Source of the DNA: a virus | Virus record (IMG/VR): IMGVR_UViG_3300045988_130311 | Strand: one strand, 5' to 3' | DNA length: 16,694 nt | Part shown: piece after piece, positions 9,184 to 15,682 of the stretch | How the letters are laid out: each line of letters opens with the position of its first letter | Position numbering within the stretch: position 1 is the first letter of the stretch | Program-made: the position numbers and the translations under genes | The notes under the pieces: generated by a model | What the model saw: only the letters and a program-made list of their open reading frames with translations | Database searches by the model: none | Told to the model about the DNA's origin: nothing

Positions 9184-9803
9184 CAGCAACAACACCAATC
9201 TACGGCCTCTCGTATCCCGAAGGCTCCGACCTCGTATCAACCGCGCCGGACTCGTTCAAGAGCATGGCCGACACGTTCGAGAAGGCGCTTGACCAAGTGG
9301 ACCGGAGGACCACGCCGGAAGGCGTCAAACCGGCCGTCGCGACCACCCTCGAAGCCCTTCGGCAGATCACCGGCGTCATCGGCCAAACAGGTTTCGTCAC
9401 CGGCGGCAACGACGACAACGGCCCATATGTGTGGGACGGCGCGCAATGGGTCAAGACCAGAACCGCCGACATGCCATGGAACGGCACTTGGAGACTCAAC
9501 TCGCGGATTTACACCGGACGCAAATGGGTGGACGGCCGCCGCATCTGCATGCAGGTCCGAGAATACAAGAACCTGACCAACAACTCGCGCACCCCACCGG
9601 GCTTCAGCATCTACAGCCTACTGGACTACCGCGTCATCACCCAAGGAAAAGGCGGCTCGCCCCAACCGTACCTCGCCACCGACACCTACTGGCATTCAGA
9701 AGTCACGGTCACACCATCCGAGATCATCGTACGCAAAGGCGCATCGAACACGAGCGCGCTCAACGTCTGGATCGTCTACATCTACACGGAGCCCGACGCG
9801 TGA
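9180..9803 (+). CDS. Minor tail protein (receptor-binding candidate)
   Basis: ATGA overlap with the upstream gene, 207 aa. It is the last structural gene before the lysis cassette. The N-terminus PIYGLSYPEGSDL resembles actinophage minor tail proteins. Confidence 0.75.
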   Translation: MTATTPIYGLSYPEGSDLVSTAPDSFKSMADTFEKALDQVDRRTTPEGVKPAVATTLEALRQITGVIGQTGFVTGGNDDNGPYVWDGAQWVKTRTADMPWNGTWRLNSRIYTGRKWVDGRRICMQVREYKNLTNNSRTPPGFSIYSLLDYRVITQGKGGSPQPYLATDTYWHSEVTVTPSEIIVRKGASNTSALNVWIVYIYTEPDA

Positions 9804-10027
9804 CGGATCTCATCATCGCCATCGTCGGCGCAGTCGGCGCGGTCGTCGGCGCACTGGTCTCCACCCTCTCGGCCGCCGCGAAGAACAAGATGGAAGCCTA
9901 CCGGCTCGCGCAGAAGATGCAGGCCGACAACCAACGCCTCTGGCAATGGAACCGGCAACTCATCGACCACATCTACAGGCGCACCCCACCACCGCCGCCG
10001 GAGCCGCCGGAAGACCTGTTCGACTAA
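9800..10027 (+). CDS. Small membrane protein (one N-terminal TM helix, coiled region, Pro-rich tail); lysis-associated candidate
   Basis: GTG start overlaps the upstream stop (GTGA). The hydrophobic LIIAIVGAVGAVVGALVSTL segment is followed by an amphipathic region and PPPPPEPPE. Confidence 0.6.
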   Translation: MTDLIIAIVGAVGAVVGALVSTLSAAAKNKMEAYRLAQKMQADNQRLWQWNRQLIDHIYRRTPPPPPEPPEDLFD

Positions 10028-10045
10028 AGGAAGGAAAGGAACCAC

Positions 10046-10843
10046 ATGAGCGGCATCATCTGGAAAGGAAGCCCGAACCATTACGTTGGCCGCAACGGCT
10101 ACGGCGTCACGCACATCACGCTGCACATCATGGTTGGATACCTCGCCGGCACCGATTCCACGTTCGCCAACCAGTCGAGCCGAGCATCGGCCCACTACGG
10201 CGTCGGCGCGACCGGAGAGATCCACCAATACGTGTCGGAACTCGACGGCAGCTATTCGGACGCGAACTACGCATCGAATAATTCGACCATCAGCATCGAG
10301 CACGAGGGCGGCATGGCCGACGGCGCGGTATGCACCCAGGAGTGCATCGACGCAAGCGCCAGACTGTGCGCCGACATCGCGAGAAGGTACGGATGGAAAA
10401 AACTGTGGCACGACGGCCTGAAAGGCAATGTGTGGCTGCACAGGGAGATTCCAGGCACCGACCACCTCGCCTGCCCCGATCTCGCGCCCAACGGACTGCC
10501 ATACAAGCAGATCATCGACCAAGCAAACCGAATCCTTGAAGGAGGAACCATGTCCAACGCAGGCGACGAAGTATGGAACTGGGCATACAAGCCCAACGGA
10601 AAGAACGCCACACCGGGCGGCAACATGTACAATCTGCTCACCTACGAGCTGCCGCAGCGCATCCGCGACAGCATCATGCAATACAGCTACAAGGGCTCGG
10701 CACCGGGCGGCAACATCTACAACACCATCTGCTTCGAGATCCCCGGAATGCTGAAACAGCTCACCAAGACCCTTGAAGCGCAGCAGAAGCAGATCAGCGA
10801 ATTGTCCGAAAAAATCAGCAAGCTGGAAGGGACCGCGAAATGA
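10046..10843 (+). CDS. Endolysin, N-acetylmuramoyl-L-alanine amidase (amidase_2/PGRP-like) with C-terminal repeats
   Basis: RBS AAGGAAGGAAAGGAAC. The N-terminus (SPNHY.GRNGYGVTHITLHIMVG..., SAHYGV, ISIEHEG, HREIPGTDHLACP) is typical of zinc amidase endolysins. Two PGGN(M/I)YN repeats and a coiled coil lie at the C-terminus. Confidence 0.85.
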   Translation: MSGIIWKGSPNHYVGRNGYGVTHITLHIMVGYLAGTDSTFANQSSRASAHYGVGATGEIHQYVSELDGSYSDANYASNNSTISIEHEGGMADGAVCTQECIDASARLCADIARRYGWKKLWHDGLKGNVWLHREIPGTDHLACPDLAPNGLPYKQIIDQANRILEGGTMSNAGDEVWNWAYKPNGKNATPGGNMYNLLTYELPQRIRDSIMQYSYKGSAPGGNIYNTICFEIPGMLKQLTKTLEAQQKQISELSEKISKLEGTAK

Positions 10844-11190
10844 CCGACACGACGGAAAACCGACTCCCGACGGCCAACACAACGGAGGATGACGCAATGC
10901 CCGTCTCGGCGCAGATCATGGCCGCCGCCGATGGCAACGCCGAGGCAACGACGCCGAGAATCGACAGCGGCACAATATCCAGATTCCTCGTGCTGCTCCT
11001 TGCGCTTGTCAACCAGGGACTGACCATGTTCGGCCATCCGGTGCTCAACATCGATGACACGACCATCACGCAGCTCGTGAGCCTCGCATGGACAGCCGGC
11101 AGCGCCATCTGGTGCTACTGGAAGGACAACGACGTGACCGCGAAAGCCCGCGTCAAAAAGGCGAGGCTGTCGGCACGTCACGCGGCCTAG
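10840..11190 (+). CDS. Holin (two TM helices, basic C-terminus)
   Basis: ATGA overlap with the endolysin stop. The TM segments are ISRFLVLLLALVNQGL and ITQLVSLAWTAGSAIWCYW. The charged tail is KDNDVTAKARVKKARL. Confidence 0.7.
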   Translation: MTDTTENRLPTANTTEDDAMPVSAQIMAAADGNAEATTPRIDSGTISRFLVLLLALVNQGLTMFGHPVLNIDDTTITQLVSLAWTAGSAIWCYWKDNDVTAKARVKKARLSARHAA

Positions 11191-12014
11191 ATAAGCCGGA
11201 CGGCCGCCGTGGCTTCTCTCAGACGGCCGTCCGGCATCGCAACGTAATGCTCCGTGGTCTCAACCGATTCATGGCCGAGCAGTTCGGCGACCACGAACAG
11301 GTCGTGTGTGGCGGCGTAGGCCGTGGTGGCGAACCGGTGGCGCAGCGTGTGCGCGGCGTATCCGTCCGGCAGCAGATGACTGATGTGGTCACCGATATAG
11401 GACTCCTCCACATGGCCGACGAACCGGCCAGGGAACAGGTAGCCACGCGCGTCCATGATGATGTCGGCCAAATCATCCGGCAACGGCACTATGCGCTGCT
11501 TGTCGCCTTTGCCGCGCACGATCAATGACCGGCCGGCGCTGTCGGCCACGACGTCATCGCTGTGGACCCGCGCGATCTCGCCACGCCGCAGTCCGCACTC
11601 CGCACCGAGCCGGATCATGAGTTTTTCCGACGACGTGGCCTTCTCCATCGCCGCAGCGATGTAACGGTCCGGGCATGGTCTGGGATGCGCGTGCGGCTTC
11701 TTCACGCGTGGCACGTCCAGGCTCGGGTCGTCGCTTCTCCGGCCGCTTTTGTGCAACCATCGGAAGAACGACGATATGGTGTTCCTGTACGCTTTGCGCG
11801 TCTCGGGTTTCCATTGCTGCCGTGCGAACGTCTGCACGATCTGCTCCGTGGTCACGTCTTTGGGGCCTGATGGCATGAGCAGCGCCGCGAGATGGACCAT
11901 CTTGTATCGTCGGCTTTTGATTGTCTGTGCTGATAGGCCGGCCGCCTTGAGGGTGTCAGTCCACCCTTCGATGCTTTTGCGCCATGGGACCGGTGCGCTG
12001 ATCTTGTTTCTCAT
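11187..12014 (-). CDS. int: Tyrosine recombinase / phage integrase (XerC/D-like, 275 aa)
   Basis: The catalytic signature is visible: GLRRGEI (Arg), KGDKQR (Lys), HTLRHRF (His-x-x-Arg), LLGHES (His), TTEHY (Tyr). Its stop overlaps the holin stop (CTAG). Confidence 0.92.
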   Translation of the reverse strand: MRNKISAPVPWRKSIEGWTDTLKAAGLSAQTIKSRRYKMVHLAALLMPSGPKDVTTEQIVQTFARQQWKPETRKAYRNTISSFFRWLHKSGRRSDDPSLDVPRVKKPHAHPRPCPDRYIAAAMEKATSSEKLMIRLGAECGLRRGEIARVHSDDVVADSAGRSLIVRGKGDKQRIVPLPDDLADIIMDARGYLFPGRFVGHVEESYIGDHISHLLPDGYAAHTLRHRFATTAYAATHDLFVVAELLGHESVETTEHYVAMPDGRLREATAAVRLI

Positions 12015-12018
12015 GATC

Positions 12019-12042
12019 CATCATGCACCCCATCATGCACCC
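12019..12042. repeat. Tandem 12-bp direct repeat CATCATGCACCC x2, 4 nt upstream of the int start (reads GGGTGCATGATG x2 on the int strand)
   Basis: Two exact adjacent copies read directly from the sequence. Confidence 0.9.
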
Positions 12043-12101
12043 CTGGCTTTAAGCGGTTAAAATGAGCTCGGATAAGCTCAGAAGCCCCATGGATTTGAAC
12101 C

Positions 12102-12635
12102 TTGGACCTCTGGTATCTAGAGGTCTATGACCCCGGCGTGGCCCACACGTTGCTGCTCGCCGGCAAGCAGGGGCTGACCAACATTCGCGTGGCCCAGGTC
12201 AATGCGCCCGAGCTGTTCAAGGTGACCGCGGCCGGCACCGTGGCCGAGGTATGGACCTTCTTCCCCGACCCTTGGCCCAAGAAGAAGCACCACAAGCGCC
12301 GCATCGTGCAGAAGGCCATGGCCGGCGACATTCATCGCGCGCTGGTCACAGACGGCGTCTGGCGTATCGCCACCGACATCGAGGACTATGCCCTGCACGT
12401 GCACGAGGTGATGGACGGCCTCGATGGCTGGAAGAACCTGGGCAGCATAACCGTCAGCCTCCCGCTGGAGCACGTGGGCAAGGGCAACGCCGATCTGGCC
12501 GCCGACATGCCGCACGCCGACTTCACCGAATCCGAGCGGTTCGAGGGCCGCGTGCTCACCAACTTCGAAAAGAAGGGCCTGGCCGCCGGCCGCGTGATTC
12601 ACGACTTTACCTATCAGGCCGTTACCTTGAACTAA
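12102..12635 (+). CDS. trmB: tRNA (guanine46-N7)-methyltransferase TrmB, 3-prime fragment lacking the N-terminal SAM-binding motif
   Basis: YLEVYDPGV...GLTNIRV...[17 protein letters not shown]...RIATD...FEKKG aligns with the E. coli TrmB motifs GIEVHSPGV, LSNLRV, FFPDPWHKARHNKRRIV, ATD and FEQRG. The GxGxG region is absent. An in-frame stop at about 12075 limits any upstream extension. The frame is intact with high GC3. Confidence 0.85.
   Translation: MDLWYLEVYDPGVAHTLLLAGKQGLTNIRVAQVNAPELFKVTAAGTVAEVWTFFPDPWPKKKHHKRRIVQKAMAGDIHRALVTDGVWRIATDIEDYALHVHEVMDGLDGWKNLGSITVSLPLEHVGKGNADLAADMPHADFTESERFEGRVLTNFEKKGLAAGRVIHDFTYQAVTLN
12105..12125. other. Candidate attP core: perfect inverted repeat GACCTCT-GGTATCT-AGAGGTC (7-7-7)
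   Basis: Perfect 7-bp inverted arms around a 7-bp spacer, about 90 bp upstream of int. It lies exactly where the trmB-homologous coding sequence begins. This geometry matches tyrosine-recombinase core sites. Confidence 0.45.
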
Positions 12636-12661
12636 TCACGACACGCCGAAATGCCGTCGAT

Positions 12662-12916
12662 TTGCATAACCGAACAACCTCCCGTAAAGTAATTCAAGAA
12701 CAGCGTACGATCGCCAAGCAGGTTCGCGGCAAGTTGCGTGCAAATCACGTCACGCAACGAGAGCTAGCGGACTCTGTGGGAATGAGCGAACAAGCGTTGT
12801 CGAACAAGCTTCGCGGCCTGAAGAACTTCACACTGCGTGATGTGTCGCGTATAGCCGACTTCTTCGACGTTTCCACCGATTTCGTGCTTGGCCGAGAGCC
12901 ATTGGAGGTGAAGTGA
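12662..12916 (+). CDS. XRE-family helix-turn-helix transcriptional regulator (Cro/CI-like)
   Basis: HTH signature IAKQVRGKLRANHVTQRELADSVGMSEQALSNKLRG. No in-frame ATG lies upstream of the HTH outside trmB, so a TTG at 12662 is proposed as the start. No clear SD, so the start is uncertain. Confidence 0.65.
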   Translation: MHNRTTSRKVIQEQRTIAKQVRGKLRANHVTQRELADSVGMSEQALSNKLRGLKNFTLRDVSRIADFFDVSTDFVLGREPLEVK

Positions 12917-13098
12917 TGCTGATTCATGACGCTTCGGGTGCTGTTGCCGTCGTATCGGCTGAATCGGTGAGGATTGTCGGCGAGGGTTGCATTGTCCTTA
13001 ATGCGCGCGCCGTGTACATCCATAATCAGGCGCTGACGTCAGAGCAGGCCGCGATTGTCAAGCGTGGTGTCATGGCCACGCTCGACGATCCAGCGGCG

Positions 13099-13341
13099 TT
13101 AGAAGATCTGCATGGGAAGCACGACGTCGCCAGCGTCGATCTGCCACCACGGGACGGCCTTGGGGTTGATGGTGATGGCGTGGATGCTCATGTCGGGAAA
13201 CCTGACGGTCTGGATGAAGCTGTCACCGGACTTCAGACGTTCGGAGAGTTCACTGACCGTGGAGGCCGTCGCGCCGGTGATGGTAAGCGGCGTGGTCGTT
13301 CCCAGGTAAAGGGCGAAGTCGAATGTGGTTTCGTCGCTCAT
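13099..13341 (-). CDS. Hypothetical 80-aa protein; besides int, the only gene on the minus strand
   Basis: Strong RBS on the minus strand (GAAGGAAGGAAGAACA ATG). GC3 is high in this frame and low (T-rich) in the overlapping plus-strand ORF. Confidence 0.7.
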   Translation of the reverse strand: MSDETTFDFALYLGTTTPLTITGATASTVSELSERLKSGDSFIQTVRFPDMSIHAITINPKAVPWWQIDAGDVVLPMQIF

Positions 13342-13448
13342 TGTTCTTCCTTCCTTCGTTGTTTGAAAGGTTTGGTTTGTGCGATTACAAGCCTATCGCT
13401 GCGGAGGAAGGAGCCTAACCGTCCATCCATGAATCAAGGAGCAGTGAA

Positions 13449-13685
13449 ATGAGCGTTTTCAATCCGGAATGCACCAGCAATTACTTCCAGGTGCTGGACA
13501 TCGACCCGTCGGAATGCACCGGCGGCAATCCCTACCGCTTCGCCTGCCGCATCAAGGTGGGCGGACGATCGTTCGGGTTCGATGGTTTGGACATGGGCGA
13601 CCTTCAGACGATGAAGGGCGCGATCAACAAGGCGATGACGCACGCGCGTCGAGCTCGCCGTGAATGGGAAGGAACCCAGGAATGA
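13449..13685 (+). CDS. Hypothetical 78-aa protein
   Basis: RBS AAGGAGCAGTGAA ATG. The downstream gene is translationally coupled to it. Confidence 0.65.
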   Translation: MSVFNPECTSNYFQVLDIDPSECTGGNPYRFACRIKVGGRSFGFDGLDMGDLQTMKGAINKAMTHARRARREWEGTQE

Positions 13686-13840
13686 GCGTCACAGTCAAAC
13701 GTGTGGACAGGAAAAGCAGGCAACGTTTTTACGAGCTGATCGTTGAGACGGAAGAAGGCATCACCGTGCGCGTCCCGTTCAACGGTTACGAGCTTGACGA
13801 TCTTGAGAAACAGATCGACCGATGCTTCAACGAGGATTGA
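13682..13840 (+). CDS. Hypothetical 52-aa protein
   Basis: ATGA overlap with the upstream stop. Translation is MSVTVKRVDRKSRQRFYELIVETEEGITVRVPFNGYELDDLEKQIDRCFNED. It is below the ORF-track size cut-off. Confidence 0.5.
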   Translation: MSVTVKRVDRKSRQRFYELIVETEEGITVRVPFNGYELDDLEKQIDRCFNED

Positions 13841-13841
13841 C

Positions 13842-13955
13842 GTGAAACGTTTCATCAAGACCGTTCTTCTGATTCTGCTCAGCCCGTTCGTGTTCCTCAT
13901 GTTCGGGCTTGTCCTCGCCATTGTCCGGTTTGGTGATTTCCTCACCGACGACTGA
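13842..13955 (+). CDS. Hypothetical 37-aa single-pass membrane peptide
   Basis: GTG start 1 nt after the upstream stop. The hydrophobic core is TVLLILLSPFVFLMFGLVLAIV. Confidence 0.4.
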   Translation: MKRFIKTVLLILLSPFVFLMFGLVLAIVRFGDFLTDD

Positions 13956-14344
13956 CGGCATCCGATAACTTCATAGCCCTTGACCCAGCCGAAGGTCGGT
14001 TGCCGGGTAGGCGTGATAAAGCACCCGGCCGCGCCTTGCCCAGCGCGTTACAAACACGCCCGGAATGCCGGGCGGTTACCACGGCCCCAGCGGGGGAGCT
14101 ATGCGGGTGTACACAGATCGCTTCACGGCGTCTTGTTCGGGCGCAACTGGGGACCATCGCCGGCATACGTGCCGGGCTGTGCGGCGAGACCTTGCGCGCG
14201 GCTTCGGCCGCTGACCTATGCGACGGCGCGGCTCCGTTACGAAGCAACCTTGCATGGCGAACCCTAATCCGGAAAACACTTGAGCAATCTTGTGTTTTCC
14301 GGGCTGGGTTCCCCGCTCTAACGCCCCACCACCCGAAGGGCACA

Positions 14345-14387
14345 TCATCCACAATTCTTATCCACTTATCCACAGTTCTTATCCACA
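14345..14387 (+). promoter_or_regulatory. Array of four same-orientation DnaA-box-like repeats (TCATCCACA, TTATCCACT, TTATCCACA, TTATCCACA); candidate origin iterons or operator
   Basis: Read directly at 14345-14353, 14358-14366, 14366-14374 and 14379-14387. Two copies match the E. coli DnaA box consensus TTATCCACA exactly. The longer unit TTCTTATCCAC occurs twice. The array ends 22 nt before the ATG at 14409. Confidence 0.6.
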
Positions 14388-14408
14388 ATATGAAACGAGG
14401 TTCGAGAC

Positions 14409-14750
14409 ATGGGTTATTCGGTTGATTACAAGCCAACACGCCGACGTGCCAAGAGGACGGTGCCGAAGAACAAGGCCCAACGCACGAAGGACATCAAGAA
14501 CGCCATTCGATGGAATATCAGGCAATTGGAGCATGACACTGTTGGAGCGGACACCATTGCGCGTTCCCTTGCCATCAGTATGCTTCGACTGAACAAGATC
14601 GCGCCGACGGCCGACCCTAGCGGCGACCATGTGATGCAGCAGCTTATCAGCGACGGTATCTTGGGCAAGACCGAGAGGCGCGGAAGTGTGCAGGTGTTCG
14701 ACCGTGCCGAGTTGTTGACATCGCTCAAGGCTTGGGTTGGTGTGCTGTGA
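14409..14750 (+). CDS. Hypothetical DNA-binding protein (basic N-terminus plus HTH/winged-helix-like region)
   Basis: GAGG lies 8 nt upstream of the ATG. The N-terminus RRRAKRTVPKNKAQRTK is basic. The segments ADTIARSLAISMLRLNKI and QQLISDGILGKTERRGSVQVF look like HTH/wing elements. This is the first gene after the repeat array. Confidence 0.7.
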   Translation: MGYSVDYKPTRRRAKRTVPKNKAQRTKDIKNAIRWNIRQLEHDTVGADTIARSLAISMLRLNKIAPTADPSGDHVMQQLISDGILGKTERRGSVQVFDRAELLTSLKAWVGVL

Positions 14751-14956
14751 ACCCGCGCGCGAAGCTCACGGCCAAACAGGCGGCCCTATATCTGGGCGTG
14801 AGCGAAAGCCTGTTGCGCAAGTGGCGCGGCGAACATTACGGCCCGGTGTTCTACCGGCCCACGGACGCGCCCAACTGCCCCGTGCTGTACGAGTTGTCGG
14901 ACTTGGACATGTTCGTAGCGCAGCGCAAACGCAAGGCGGCCCAGAGTGCCGCGTAG
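14747..14956 (+). CDS. Excisionase/AlpA/MerR-type HTH DNA-binding protein
   Basis: GTGA overlap with the upstream gene. LTAKQAALYLGVSESLLRKWR...GP.F......VLYELSDLDMF matches the excisionase-family HTH pattern. Confidence 0.7.
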   Translation: MNPRAKLTAKQAALYLGVSESLLRKWRGEHYGPVFYRPTDAPNCPVLYELSDLDMFVAQRKRKAAQSAA

Positions 14957-15668
14957 ACAAGTAGTCGCCCCGTCAATCCGTTCGGCCGAGATAGCGGCGT
15001 GGGGCAACGACTGTTGGTTGGAATTGCCCGGCTGTACGAAGGTGGGCACCGAAGACGATCACATAGTGCCACACGCGCACGGCGGCAAGGACACCGTGCC
15101 GAACCTACGCCGCGCGTGCAAGCACTGCAACGCCTCGCGGCAAGACCGCGTGCTGTATGGCTATGGCTGCCGCTTGCACATGATCGTATGCCCGCCCGGC
15201 TCATGCGACCGGGAGGCCGTGGACTACATAGCCCAGCACGCGAAGCCAAGCGACCCGGTTGTGTCGTATGCTTCGCTGGCCGCCGCCATGCGCGTGGATG
15301 AAGCGGACATGGAGCAGCGGCGGGCCGCGGCTATGGCATGGTCTGCCGCCTACCGCCAGTTCGCCAAGAGCCGCGCGCCGTTGGACGTGTGGCTGGTGCG
15401 CACCATACCAGCCAGCCGCAAGCACCCGCAGATGCTGGCCGAGTGGATAGCGCTGGACTACGACATACAGGTGCTGGACCCAGGCTATGCCGAGAGCATG
15501 GCACGGGCACGTAACGACATGCACCGGCAGCTGGTGCGCCAGTGGTACGCCCTCCACCTGTCACAAGAGACGATAGACGCGAGGCAAGCGGCCCGCCGCC
15601 ATCGACTCGCGGCCCTTGGCTTGCGTTCCATGCCATCTTCGGTGCCTTCATCGCGCCCGGAATGGTGA
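14946..15668 (+). CDS. HNH endonuclease fused to a ~170-aa C-terminal domain of unknown function
   Basis: HNH motif DHIVPHAHGGKDTVPNLRRACKHCNASR in the first ~70 aa. GTG start overlaps the upstream gene. It is located just before the small terminase gene, as in HNH-dependent cos phages. Confidence 0.8.
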   Translation: MPRRQVVAPSIRSAEIAAWGNDCWLELPGCTKVGTEDDHIVPHAHGGKDTVPNLRRACKHCNASRQDRVLYGYGCRLHMIVCPPGSCDREAVDYIAQHAKPSDPVVSYASLAAAMRVDEADMEQRRAAAMAWSAAYRQFAKSRAPLDVWLVRTIPASRKHPQMLAEWIALDYDIQVLDPGYAESMARARNDMHRQLVRQWYALHLSQETIDARQAARRHRLAALGLRSMPSSVPSSRPEW

Positions 15669-15682
15669 TTTTTTAAACTCAC

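Noticed and set aside
9782-10897. 371-aa minus-strand ORF
   Set aside because: It is antisense to the endolysin gene, which has clear amidase motifs. Its composition is that of a shadow ORF.
12080-12125. tRNA-like string on the minus strand (GGTTCAAATCC T-loop-like motif next to a stem-loop) close to int, suggesting a tRNA attP
   Set aside because: No valid cloverleaf forms. The T-stem has an A-A mismatch, the putative anticodon loop AGATACC lacks U33, and there is no D-arm or acceptor pairing. The segment reads through as TrmB coding sequence instead.
12745-13023. 92-aa minus-strand ORF downstream of the 80-aa gene
   Set aside because: It overlaps most of the XRE gene 3-prime end, which has a clear HTH motif. 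The product is Ser/Arg-rich, as expected for antisense sequence.
13383-13393. GATTACAAGCC 11-mer repeated at 14423-14433
   Set aside because: Exact 11-mer pairs are expected many times by chance in 16.6 kb, and the two copies share no positional logic.
12913-13452. 179-aa plus-strand ORF coupled to the XRE stop (GTGA)
   Set aside because: From 13099 onward it is antisense to a minus-strand gene that has a strong SD and high GC3. In that stretch its own third positions are T-rich and the peptide is Gly/Arg junk. The first ~60 codons (12913-13098) look protein-like but have no stop before the overlap. It is left unresolved and not called.
13942-14439. ORFs of 141-165 aa on both strands across the non-coding block
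   Set aside because: Their composition is Arg/Pro/Ser/Cys-rich, they lack an SD, and the two overlap each other completely. The region is treated as non-coding.
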